The position numbers were made by a program, and so were the translations under genes. A stretch of 64,000 nt of DNA from Nemertoderma westbladi (Eukaryota; Animalia; Xenacoelomorpha): NCBI GenBank assembly GCA_032718475.1, contig JAUCBJ010003882.1, positions 3,344 to 67,343 of the forward strand, given 5' to 3'. Position 1 is the stretch's first letter; every line of letters begins with the position of its first letter. The notes under the pieces are model-generated. The model was not told the origin of the DNA and did not search any database. It worked only from the letters and a program-made list of their open reading frames with translations. This document shows positions 13,848-26,725 of this stretch, piece by piece.

Positions 13848-13995
13848 CCGACATAGAGTCAGGTACACAAACAATCAAGCAAAAAACAAAGAGACAGTCA
13901 GACAGACAGACAGACAGACTGACTAACAACACTTTGTCAATATTGTTGGTAATCAGACTGAAGAATCCTTAACCATATTATTTACTATCTTACAG

Positions 13996-14223
13996 TCTGG
14001 ACAATGAATACCGAAGTGATTGGGATACACGAGTTAAACAACAACGCGATGACGTCATTACTCTGGAATCAGTTAGACTATCGGATGGAGGCGATTACCA
14101 ATGCCAAGCCGTTAATTCCGACGAGAAATCTACTAAAACGATTCAAGTCAATGTAACAAACAGGATTATTGAACCAGTGAGAAAGAAACTGAATGGATGT
14201 ACAGAAACTGATACTTCAAATAG
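13996..14223 (+). CDS. LRR-Ig-FN3 protein exon 4 (second half of Ig domain)
   Basis: Acceptor tcttacag; phase 2-2; ITLESVRLSDGGDYQCQAVN contains the DxGxYxC Ig motif. Confidence 0.92.
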
Positions 14224-14336
14224 GTTACTAATGAATACTATTGTTACCACTAATTAATTATAATTATTAATTAAGTGCAATTCAATTGGACCCCCCCCCC
14301 CGACATAAATTTCATGGGTATAAAATATTATTTTAG

Positions 14337-14461
14337 AACCGTAAACATGGAGGTGACTCTCACATCTGATCGAAGTGTGATGATCAAATGGTCCAGACCC
14401 GTAAATAGTTGCCCAACTGGAGAAGATCAGACATATCGGTTATCCTTGAGAGAATTCGGAG
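14337..14461 (+). CDS. LRR-Ig-FN3 protein exon 5 (FN3-like, first half); ends at a GC donor
   Basis: Acceptor attttag; TVNMEVTLTSDRSVMIKWSRP...YRLSLREFG; only the donor AG|gcaagt gives the phase needed by exon 6. Confidence 0.85.
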
Positions 14462-15239
14462 GCAAGTAAAACGTATTGGAGATTTTATAATCATAATATA
14501 CATTATGGCCATCTGCGAGTCATATTCATAAACATAAATTAGTTTCAGTACTAATCATAAAAGTCCTTCTTAATAATATTAGTATTCATAAATTGGTTAC
14601 GTTCAAATTCCTAAAATTAAGTTGTAGTAAGTTGTGTGCCCATTGCCCATGTCACTGAGGTAATAACAATTAAAAAATGTGTAAGACCATAATTGACCGG
14701 AATTGTGTTTGACGTATATTGCGGCCAACAGGCCTATATTCAAAGTCTGAAGTTAGACTAAATAAACACCGATTGACAGACTAAGAGACTTTTAGTACGT
14801 CAAACCTAATTTTGGACACTTTTGGTCTTAAACATTTTTCAATTCCTAAAATTAGTTAAGTCTAATATTCAAAAATTTGGTTAAGATTTTATTCCAAATG
14901 TTTAAGTGAAGTCGAATTTATAATATTTGTCAAATCCTATTATCTTTTATAACTGACTCTGAAACTGGACGTCTACGATTTATTAATATGCTCAATGTCA
15001 AATTATCATTTAAAAAGGAGCAGGTTACAGAGGCACGTTATTATAACCAAAGCAATAAAAGCAGGTTACAGTTACATATTTGGGAGTAATCAGCTGTTAA
15101 TTGAGTCGATTACAACCTGGGGTGGTGGGGGGGGGGGGGGGGGGGGGGGGGGTGGATTTTGATTGCACTCAACCATCTACTTTACAAACTGAAACTCATG
15201 CAATTATAAGCTAAACTTCTATCAAAACCTGGTTTGCAG

Positions 15240-15443
15240 GTGAATCCAATATTTACGAAATATCAGGAAATTACTTTGTAAAGTCGGATCTTACAGTGAA
15301 TACAAACTACATCGTTTGTATTCAACTAGTTACCGACAAAGCATATTGTGACGATCCAAAAGGTCCTATACAATGTCAAGATTTCTCGACTGTTGATTCG
15401 AAAGTCAACACATATTTACTTTTGGCAGGATCCTTTGTAGCAG
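15240..15443 (+). CDS. LRR-Ig-FN3 protein exon 6 (FN3-like second half, start of TM helix)
   Basis: Acceptor tttgcag; DLTVNTNYIVCI matches the FN3 LxxxTxYxxC pattern of LRRN/LRFN proteins; donor CAG|gtttgt, phase 1. Confidence 0.88.
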
Positions 15444-15524
15444 GTTTGTATAAAATACATTTGCGTTCATACAATAGTTCAATATACTAGTGTAGTGTGT
15501 AAACGGTATCAGTTTATTAAGTTG

Positions 15525-15590
15525 GTTCAGGTTGACCGTGTGGTTACAGCGTCGGTCTTCCATGCGGGAGGTTGTGAGTTCGATCAATTT
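15525..15590 (+). mobile_element. Degenerate tRNA-derived SINE head
   Basis: A-box-like TGACCGTGTGG and B-box-like GAGTTCGATC at tRNA-like spacing; no complete cloverleaf. Confidence 0.4.
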
Positions 15591-15979
15591 CAGACTTTTC
15601 GGGTAACTTTTTCACTGGTGAACGTAAAATATTAGTAAGATAAAATAATATTCAAATAAATGTTTAGTTGATTACTGGATGGTTTACTGACATATTATTC
15701 CGATATAATTATTTCTGTTGTGGTGCAACTATTCATTTGATATTCAACAAATTTACTTCACTATTTAACTTCGGGACCCCGTTCAAAAAAAAGTAGGGAT
15801 CGGGACCGGGATTACATATTTCACCAAGATCCCGTTTTAACACTAATATATAGCGCTTCGTGGTATTAAATACATCCCGTAGTATTTTACATCTCAACCA
15901 TTTCAAAGAAACAAACTTACAACATCATCACATCACACCAAATTCACCATCCAAATTTATTTGGATTTCTATGTTATAG

Positions 15980-16359
15980 GTGGACTGTCATTCTTACTTA
16001 CATGTTGTGTATTTGCGGTGTTCAAAAAACAGAAGAAATTAAAGCGAAATCAGGTATCCCAGCAACGCAACCAAATACCGCAGCCAATCAACACGAGATT
16101 CACCTACCAACGCGACAACACAATAGAACGTGTCAGCTCCCAATTGGACGGAACTAACTACAGAGGCGGCTCCTTAATGGATAATACTACTTACGAAGGG
16201 GCCTCGGCAATGACGTACAACAACTTCCGAGCCTCATCCCCGTTGGGTAGCAGTAATTACGCAGAAATTCCGCCGATGGAATCTTTCTACTTGTCGATGG
16301 ATAGACCACCCACCTACCCCACGACCAACCGACCCCCACTCCCGTCTAACTCTACCTAA
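15980..16359 (+). CDS. LRR-Ig-FN3 protein exon 7 (TM helix and Tyr/Pro-rich cytoplasmic tail)
   Basis: Acceptor tgttatag, phase 1; GLSFLLTCCVFAVF followed by the basic stop-transfer KKQKKLKR; stop TAA at 16357-16359. Confidence 0.9.
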
Positions 16360-16819
16360 TACTCAGAGGCTGTTTTGGCGAAAACATTTTTAAGTCAATC
16401 AAGAGATATCATGAGAGAGAGATAGACTCTTTGCACTAACTATTTTGTTCATCTCTTGCGTTATTTGCTATCCCAACCGAAAACGGGCCATAATTTATTA
16501 TTAAACTTTTGTTCGCTTAGAACATTTCTTACAATTCGTGAATTTGGCATAAAATGATTACCGTCAATGTCTCATCATTTTAAAATTTACAAATTTCGTA
16601 TTTGCAGCTACTTTCTATAATATAAATATAGGTCCTTATGTTGAGTCCGTACCGAAAGTATTTGAATAATTGAATGTTATCAACTTGCATGTTAAATGTT
16701 CTTAATTATATTATAAAATGACATCGTTTAGAATTGTAGGGATTGTGAAAATCTGTAATCGGTAAATTTTGGTTGTTATGATTTAGAATGAGAAATATAT
16801 TCACGAAGGGATAACAAAC

Positions 16820-19800
16820 GTTACGGCCCAATCGGTAAGATATCTGGCGGCCCCTATAAGAAGTTACAGCCCAATAGGTAAGATATCCGGCGGCCCCTAT
16901 AGGAAGTTACAGCCCAATCGGTATGATATCCACCGGCCCCCATAGGAAGTTACGGCCCAATCGGTAAGATATCCGACGGCCCCTATAGGAAGTTACGACC
17001 CTATCGGTAAGATATCCGGCGGCCCCCATAGGAAGTTACAGCCCAATCGGTAAGATATCCAGCGTCCCCTATAGGAAGTTACGGCCCAATCGGTAAGATA
17101 TCTGGCGGCCCCTATAGGAAGTTACAGCCCAATCGGTAAGATATCTGGCGGCCCCCATAGGAAGTTACAGCCCAATCGGTAAGATATCCAGCGTCCCCTA
17201 TAGGAAGTTACGGCCCAATCGGTAAGATATCCGACGGCCCCTATAGGAATTTACGGCCCCTATAGGAAGTTACAGCCCAATAGGTAAGATATCCGGCGGC
17301 CCCTATAGGAAGTTACGACCCTATCGGTAAGATATCCGTCGGCCCCCATAGGAAGTTACAGCCCAATCGGTAAGATATCCGCCGGCCCCCATAGGAAGTT
17401 ACGGCCCAATCGATAAGATATCCGACGGCCCCTATAGGAATTTACGGCCCCTATAAGAAGTTACAGCCCAATAGGTAAGATATCCAGCGGCCCCTATAGG
17501 AAGTTACAGCCCAATCGGTAAGATATCCGGCGGCCCCTATAGGAATTTACGGCCCCTATAAGAAGTTACAGCCCAATCGGTAAGATATCCAGCGTCCCCT
17601 ATAGGAAGTTACGGCCCAATCGGTAAGATATCTGGCGGCCCCTATAGGAAGTTACAGCCCAATCGGTAAGATATCCGGCGGCCCCCATAGGAAGTTACAG
17701 CCCAATCGGTAAGATATCCAGCGTCCCCTATAGGAAGTTACGGCCCAATCAGTAAGATATCCGGTGGCCCCTATAGGAAGTTACAGCCCAATCGGTAAGA
17801 TATCCGGCGTCCCCTATAGGAAGTTACGGCCCAATAGGTAAGATATCCGCCGGCCCCCATAGGAAGTTACGGCCCAATCGGTAAGATATCCGACGGCCCC
17901 TATAGGAATTTACGGCCCCTATAAGAAGTTACAGCCCAATAGGTAAGATATCCAGCGGCCCCTATAGGAAGTTACAGCCCAATCGGTAAGATATCCGGCG
18001 GCCCCTATAGGAATTTACGGCCCCTATAAGAAGTTACAGCCCAATAGGTAAGATATCCAGCGGCCCCTATAGGAAGTTACAGCCCAATCGGTAAGATATC
18101 CGCCGGCCCCCATAGGAAGTTACGGCCCAGTCGGTAAGATATCCGACGGCCCCTATAGGAATTTACGGCCCCTATAAGAAGTTACAGCCCAATAGGTAAG
18201 ATATCCAGCGGCCCCTGTAGGAAGTTACAGCCCAATCGGTAAGATATCCGGCGGCCCCTATAGGAAGTTACGGCCCAGTCGGTAAGATATCCGACGGCCC
18301 CTATAGGAATTTACGGCCCCTATAAGAAGTTACAGCCCAATAGGTAAGATATCCAGCGGCCCCTATAGGAAGTTACAGCCCAATCGGTAAGATATCCGGT
18401 GGCCCCTATAGGAAGTTACGGCCCAGTCGGTAAGATATCCGACGGCCCCTATAGGAATTTACGGCCCCTATAAGAAGTTACAGCCCAATAGGTAAGATAT
18501 CCAGCGGCCCCTATAGGAAGTTACAGCCCAATCGGTAAGATATCCGGTGGCCCCTATAGGAAGTTACAGCCCAATAGGTAAGATATCCAGCGGCCCCTAT
18601 AGGAAGTTACAGCCCGATCGGTAAGATATCCGGCGGCCCCTATAGGAAGACACAGTCCAATCAGTAAGGGCGGCCCCCATAGGAAGTTACGGCCCCTATA
18701 GGAAGTTACGACCCTATCAGTAAGTTATCCAGCGGCCCCCATAGGAAGTTACGGCCCAATCGGTAAGATATCCAGCGGCACCTATAGGAAGTTACGGCCC
18801 AATCGGTAAGATATCCGACGGCCCCTATAGGAAGTTACAGCCCAATCGGTAAGATATCCAGCGTCCCCTATAGGAAGTTACGGCCCAATCGGTAAGATAT
18901 CTGGCGGCCCCTATAGGAAGTTACAGCCCAATCGGTAAGATATCCGGCGGCCCCCATAGGAAGTTACAGCCCAATCGGTAAGATATCCGGCGTCCCCTAT
19001 AGGAAGTTACAGCCCAATCGGTAAGATATCCGGCGGCCCCTATAGGAAGTCACAGCCCAATCAGTAAGGGCGGCCCCCATAGGAAGTTACGGCCCCTATA
19101 GGAAGTTACGGCCCAATCGGTAAGATATCTGGCGGCCCCTATAGGAAGTTACAGCCCAATCGGTAAGATATCCGGCGGCCCCCATAGGAAGTTACAGCCC
19201 AATCGGTAAGATATCCGGCGTCCCCTATAGGAAGTTACAGCCCAATCGGTAAGATATCCGGCGGCCCCCATAGGAAGTTACAGCCCAATCGGTAAGATAT
19301 CCGGCGGCCCCTATAGGAAGTTACAGCCCAATCGGTAAGATATCCGGCGGCCCCTATAGGAAGTCACAGCCCAATCAGTAAGGGCGGCCCCCATAGGAAG
19401 TTACGGCCCCTATAGGAAGTTACGGCCCCTATAGGAAGTTACGGCCCAATCGGTAAGATATCTGGCGGCCCCTATAGGAAGTTACAGCCCAATCGGTAAG
19501 ATATCCGGCGGCCCCCATAGGAAGTTACAGCCCAATCGGTAAGATATCCGGCGTCCCCTATAGGAAGTTACAGCCCAATCGGTAAGATATCCGGCGGCCC
19601 CCATAGGAAGTTACAGCCCAATCGGTAAGATATCCGGCGTCCCCTATAGGAAGTTACAGCCCAATCGGTAAGATATCCGGCGGCCCCTATAGGAAGTCAC
19701 AGCCCAATCAGTAAGGGCGGCCCCCATAGGAAGTTACGGCCCCTATAGGAAGTTACGGCCCAATCGGTAAGATATCTGGCGGCCCCTATAGGAAGTTACA

Positions 19801-22800
19801 GCCCAATCGGTAAGATATCCGGCGGCCCCCATAGGAAGTTACAGCCCAATCGGTAAGATATCCGGCGTCCCCTATAGGAAGTTACAGCCCAATCGGTAAG
19901 ATATCCGGCGGCCCCCATAGGAAGTTACGGCCCAATCGGTAAGATATCCGCCGGCCCCTATAGGAAGTTACAGCCCAATCGGTAAGATATCCGGCGGCCC
20001 CTATAGGAAGTCACAGCCCAATCAGTAAGGGCGGCCCCCATAGGAAGTTACGGCCCCTATAGGAAGTTACGACCCTATCAGTAAGATATCCAGCGGCCCC
20101 TATAGGAAGTTACGGCCTAATCGGTAAGATATCCAGCGGCACCTATAGGAAGTTACAGCCCAATCGGTAAGATATCCGGCGGCCCCTATAGGAAGTCACA
20201 GCCCAATCAGTAAGGGCGGCCCCCATAGGAAGTTACGGCCCCTATAGGAAGTTACGACCCTATCGGTAAGATATCAGGCGGCCCCCATAGGAAGTTACGG
20301 GCCAATCAGTAAGATATCCAGCGGCCCCTATAGGAAGTTACAGCCCAATCGGTAAGATATCCGGCGGCCCCCATAGGAAGTTACAGCCCAATCAGTAAGA
20401 TATCCCCCATAGGAATTTGGCCCCTATAGGAAGTTACGACCCTATCAGTAAGATATCCGGCGGCCCCCATAGGAAGTTACAGCCCAATCGGTAAGATATC
20501 CAGCGTCCCCTATAGGAAGTTACGGCCCAATCGGTAAGATATCCGGTGGCCCCTATAGGAAGTTACGGCCCAATCGGTAAGATATCCGGCGGCCCCCATA
20601 GGAAGTTACGGCCCAATCAGTAAGGGCAGCCCCCATAGGAAGTTTTGGCCCCTATAGGAAGTTACGACCCTATCAGTAAGATATCCGGCGGCCCCCATAG
20701 GAAGTTACAGCCCAATCGGTAAGATATCCGGCGTCCCCTATAGGAAGTTACGGCCCAATCGGTAAGATATCCGGTGGCCCCTATAGGAAGTTACGGCCCA
20801 ATCGGTAAGATATCCGGCGGCCCCCATAGGAAGTTACGGCCCAATCAGTAAGGGCAGCCCCCATAGGAAGTTTTGGCCCCTATAGGAAGTTACGACCCTA
20901 TCAGTAAGATATCCGGCGGCCCCCATAGGAAGTTACAGCCCAATCGGTAAGATATCCGGTGGCCCCTATAGGAAGTTACAGCCCAATCGGTAAGATATCC
21001 AGCGTCCCCTATAGGAAGTTACGGCCCAATCGGTAAGATATCCGGCGGCCCCTATAGGAAGTTACGGCCCAATCGGTAAGATATCCGGCGGCCCCTATAG
21101 GAAGTTACAGCCCAATCGGTATGATATCTGGTGGCCCCTATAGGAAGTTACAGGCCAATAGGTAAGATATCCAGCGGCCCCTATAGGAAGTTACAGCCCA
21201 ATCGGTAAGATATCCGGCGGCCCCCATAGGAAGTTACGGCCCAATCGGTAAGATATCCGGCGGCCCCTATAGGAAGTTACAGCCCAATCGGTATGATATC
21301 TGGTGGCCCCTATAGGAAGTTACAGGCCAATAGGTAAGATATCCAGCGGCCCCTATAGGAAGTTACGGCCCAATCAGTAAGATATCCGGCGGCCCCTATA
21401 GGAAGTTACGGCCCAATCGGTAAGATATCCAGCGTCCCCTATAGGAAGTTACGGCCCAATCGGTAAGATATCCGGTGGCCCCTATAGGAAGTTACAGCCC
21501 AATCGGTAAGATATCCAGCGTCCCCTATAGGAAGTTACGGCCCAATCGGTAAGATATCCGGCGGCCCCTATAGGAAGTTACGGCCCAATCGGTAAGATAT
21601 CCGGCGGCCCCTATAGGAAGTTACAGCCCAATCGGTATGATATCTGGTGGCCCCTATAGGAAGTTACAGGCCAATAGGTAAGATATCCAGCGGCCCCTAT
21701 AGGAAGTTACAGCCCAATCGGTAAGATATCCGGCGGCCCCCATAGGAAGTTACGGCCCAATCGGTAAGATATCCGGCGGCCCCTATAGGAAGTTACAGCC
21801 CAATCGGTATGATATCTGGTGGCCCCTATAGGAAGTTACAGGCCAATAGGTAAGATATCCAGCGGCCCCTATAGGAAGTTACGGCCCAATCGGTAAGATA
21901 TCCGGCGGCCCCTATAGGAAGTTACGGCCCAATCGGTAAGATATCCGGTGGCCCCTATAGGAAGAAACAGCCCAATCGGTAAGATATCCAGCGTCCCCTA
22001 TAGGAAGTTACGGCCCAATCGGTAAGATATCCGGCGGCCCCCATAGGAAGTTACAGCCCAATCGGTAAGATATCCAGCGTCCCCTATAGGAAGTTACGGC
22101 CCAATCGGTAAGATATCCGGCGGCCCCCATAGGAAGTTACAGGCCAATAGGTAAGATATCCAGCGGCCCCTATAGGAAGTTACAGCCCAATCGGTAAGAT
22201 ATCCGGCGGCCCCCATAGGAAGTTACGGCCCAATCGGTAAGATATCCGGCGGCCCCTATAGGAAGTTACAGCCCAATCGGTATGATATCTGGTGGCCCCT
22301 ATAGGAAGTTACAGGCCAATAGGTAAGATATCCAGCGGCCCCTATAGGAAGTTACAGCCCAATCGGTAAGATATCTGGCGGCCCCTATAGGAAGTTACGG
22401 CCCAATCGGTAAGATATCTGGCGGCCCCTATAGGAAGTTACGGCCCAATCGGTAAGATATCTGGCGGCCCCTATAGGAAGTTACGGCCCAATCGGTAAGA
22501 TATCTGGCGGCCCCTATAGGAAGTTACGGCCCAATCGGTAAGATATCTGGCGGCCCCTATAGGAAGTTACGGCCCAATCGGTAAGATATCTGGCGGCCCC
22601 TATAGGAAGTTACGGCCCAATCGGTAAGATATCTGGCGGCCCCTATAGGAAGTTACGGCCCAATCGGTAAGATATCCGGCGGCCCCCATAGGAAGTTACG
22701 GCCCAATCGGTAAGATATCTGGCGGCCCCTATAGGAAGTTACGGCCCAATCGGTAAGATATCTGGCGGCCCCTATAGGAAGTTACGGCCCAATCGGTAAG

Positions 22801-25168
22801 ATATCTGGCGGCCCCTATAGGAAGTTACGGCCCAATCGGTAGGATATCTGGCGGCCCCTATAGGAAGTTACGGCCCAATCGGTAAGATATCTGGCGGCCC
22901 CCATAGGAAGTTACAGCCCAATAGGTAAGATATCCGGCGGCCCCCATAGGAAGTTACAGCCCAATCGTAAAGATATCTGGCGGCCCCTATAGGAAGTTAC
23001 GGCCCAATCGGTAAGATATCTGGCGGCCCCCATAGGAAGTTACAGCCCAATCGGTAAGATATCCGGCGGCCCCCATAGGAAGTTACAGCCCAATCGGTAA
23101 GATATCCGGCGGCCCCCATAGGAAGTTACAGCCCAATCGGTAAGATATCCAGTGGCCCCCATAGGAAGTTACAGCCCAATTGGTAAGATATCCGGCGGCC
23201 CCCATAGTAAGTTACAGCCCAATTGGTAAGATATCTGGCGGCCCCTATAGGAAGTTACGGCCCAATCGGTAAGATATCTGGCGGCCCCCATAGGAAGTTA
23301 CAGCCCAATCGGTAAGATATCCGGCGGCCCCCATAGGAAGTTACAGCCCAATCGGTAAGATATCCGGCGGCCCCCATAGGAAGTTACAGCCCAATCGGTA
23401 AGATATCCGGCGGCCCCTATAGTAAGTTACAGCCCAATTGGTAAGATATCTGGCGGCCCCTATAAGAAGTTACAGCCCAATCGGTAAGATATCCGGCGGC
23501 CCCCATAGTAAGTTACAGCCCAATCAGTAAGATATCCGGCGGCCCCCATAGGAAGTTACAGCCCAATAGGTAAGATATCCGGCGGCCCCCATAGGAAGTT
23601 ACAGCCCAATAGGTAAGATATCCGGCGGCCCCTATAGTAAGTTACAGCCCAATTGGTAAGATATCTGGCGGCCCCTATAAGAAGTTACAGCCCAATCGGT
23701 AAGATATCCGGCGGCCCCCATAGTAAGTTACAGCCCAATCAGTAAGATATCCGGCGGCCCCCATAGGAAGTTACAGCCCAATCGGTAAGATATCCGGCGG
23801 CCCCTATAGTAAGTTACAGCCCAATTGGTAAGATATCTGGCGGCCCCTATAAGAAGTTACAGCCCAATCGGTAAGATATCCGGCGGCCCCCATAGTAAGT
23901 TACAGCCCAATCAGTAAGATATCCGGCGGCCCCCATAGGAAGTTACAGCCCAATCGGTAAGATATCTGGCGGCCCCTATAAGAAGTTACAGCCCAATCGG
24001 TAAGATATCCGGCGGCCCCCATAGTAAGTTACAGCCCAATCGGTAAGATATCCGGCGGCACCTATAGGAAGTTACAGCCCAATCAGTAAGATATCCGGCG
24101 GCCCCCATAGGAAGTTACAGCCCAATCGGTAAGATATCCGGCGGCCCCCATAGTAAGTTACAGCCCAATCAGTAAGATATCCGGCGGCCCCCATAGTAAG
24201 TTACAGCCCAATCAGTAAGATATCCGGCGGCCCCTATAAGAAGTTACAGCCCAATCGGTAAGATATCCGGCGGCCCCTATAAGAAGTTACAGCCCAATCG
24301 GTAAGATATCCGGCGGCCCCCATAGTAAGTTACAGCCCAATCGGTAAGATATCCGGCGGCCCCCATAGTAAGTTACAGCCCAATCAGTAAGATATCCGGC
24401 GGCCCCCATAGGAAGTTACAGCCCAATCGGTAAGATATCCGGCGGCCCCCATAGGAAGTTACAGCCCAATCGGTAAGATATCCGGCGGCCCCTATAGTAA
24501 GTTACAGCCCAATTGGTAAGATATCTGGCGGCCCCTATAAGAAGTTACAGCCCAATCGGTAAGATATCCGGCGGCCCCCATAGGAAGTTACAGCCCAATC
24601 GGTAAGATATCCGGCGGCCCCCATAGGAAGTTACAGCCCAATCGGTAAGATATCCGGCGGCCCCTATAGTAAGTTACAGCCCAATTGGTAAGATATCTGG
24701 CGGCCCCTATAAGAAGTTACAGCCCAATCGGTAAGATATCCGGCGGCCCCCATAGTAAGTTACAGCCCAATCAGTAAGATATCCGGCGGCCCCCATAGGA
24801 AGTTACAGCCCAATAGGTAAGATATCCAGCGTCCCCTATAGGAAGTTACGGCCCAATCGGTAAGATATCCGGCGGCCCCCATAGGAAGTTACAGCCCAAT
24901 AGGTAAGATATCCAGCGTCCCCTATAGGAAGTTACGGCCCAATCGGTAAGATATCCGGCGGCCCCCATAGGAAGTTACAGCCCAATCGGTAAGATATCCA
25001 GTGGCCCCCATAGGAAGTTACAGCCCAATCGGTAAGATATCCAGTGGCCCCTATAGGAAGTTACGGCCCAATCGGTAAGATATCCGGTGGCCCCTATAGG
25101 AAGTTACGGCCCAATCGGTAAGATATCCGGCGGCCCCTATAGGAAGTTACGGCGCAATCGGTAAGATA
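16820..25168. repeat. 8.35-kb tandem array of a 43-bp GC-rich unit (about 195 copies) with 21-bp deletion units and sub-array variants
   Basis: Unit GGAAGTTAC(A/G)GCCCAATCGGTAAGATATCCGGCGGCCCC(T/C)ATA; period 43 measured between 16820 and 16863; no unique spacers. Confidence 0.98.
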
Positions 25169-26725
25169 CCAAGCTGGCTTATCGGACGTTTTGGCAAAAA
25201 TCGAGCACCGCCTAGTTTCTTGGTGGGACATTTTCGCGCAGACCTGGCAGATTAAAATTATTTACACAAATAGCCACTGACACTATATATAATATCGATT
25301 ATGCCAATAATATTTTCATTTAATAAATTTAGTTAACTGTCTTATTGAACAACGAAAGAAATTTAATATTAATAATAAATTAATCATTTTTTCCGATGGG
25401 AAGGCTCTTTCCCCTAGTAGTATCATCCACAACCTACCTATCATGCCCACAGTCTTTTTAAACTATCATTTATAAAATTACAAAAAGCGACGGCCCAAGA
25501 AGCGTTCGGTGCATATATTCGCGCGGTATTTCACGAGGTGTCGATGTGGTAATTAGTCAATAACTACATTAAACCATTTGTCAAATTTTTGTATTTGTTA
25601 GATTCAGAAGATAGCGTAGGTATTTTGAAACTACGCGTAGGTGCTACGCGTAGCTACGCATAGGTGCTACGCGTAGCAGTCCTGATAACAATGAAATTAG
25701 TCATTCTAACTTTAAGTAGTCTTTGTATATGAAATATTTTTTACAGTGATGAATTTAACAGAGTTAAATTTAAGCTAAAAAATATTTTGTATTCATTAGA
25801 TTCAGAAGTTAATTTGACATTCCAGCTTTAAGTACTTAACCTTGTGTATGAAATATAATTAAGAGTATATTAAGATATTAAGTTATTAAGTTAACGTTAT
25901 ACATTAAGAGATATTTAACTTTCGGAATCTATTTAACCTTCAACGAATTAAGTTTTAAATTACGTTTTAAGTACATAACGCAGTGGATAGGCAGTGTTAA
26001 AAATGTATTGAAGATTATTATGCTTAGTTTATTTAGGACGTTGGACAAAGGAAAAGTACCGTATAGATGTGTCTATATAAAAAGGACTGTTGTTCTCTAT
26101 GTATAAACTGTTTATATAATTTTGTTTCTGTTTCCTGAGAAGTTCGGTCAGTAATAAACTAACTAGAATAAGTATCGTAAATATCACTGTTATCATAGAA
26201 ACAACACAGTAAACATCAAACAAATCACTCGCGTATCCACATTTAAAATAAAATGAAAGTTTACGTGTCCAACAATTTCAACTTTATTTACCCAAATAAA
26301 CCGAAGATAAAATTAATCAAAACTTTGAGTATTTATAGTCAGTATGATTTCAGATTAACCACTGTGTCCAACTGTCCATGGTTATGTGGAAAAAGTAAAT
26401 TTAATACGTAAAATATAAAATTTGTTAATTGATATAATTATTAAAATAAACATTTGCACCATAATTAATTAAATATAAATACTAAATACCGCGCTATATA
26501 TTGCTAGTCTTCGTCAAACATGTATTGAGTGAAACAAAATTAACAGAAAAATTAATGTTATGAAGTTATAATATGTTAGAAAGTTATAATGTAATGTTAA
26601 AGTTATGAAGGCCAATAGATTGAACATTTATGAATGTTATGTTTTTTTAGTTGTTAGTTTAATGATCACCTTGAATCGTTAAAAATCTACAATTTATGTA
26701 GGTTTCCACTGTTTTCTATACTGTT

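Noticed and set aside
12655-13932. (FVCL)n ORFs in three minus-strand frames
   Set aside because: Translation of the (TTTG)n microsatellite.
16820-25168. 43-bp array as a CRISPR array
   Set aside because: Units are head-to-tail with no unique spacers, there are no cas genes, and the context is eukaryotic.
16471-25228. tcccaaccgaaaac / gtttcttggtggga as TIRs enclosing the 43-bp array
   Set aside because: Only 10 of 14 positions match and no target duplication is evident.
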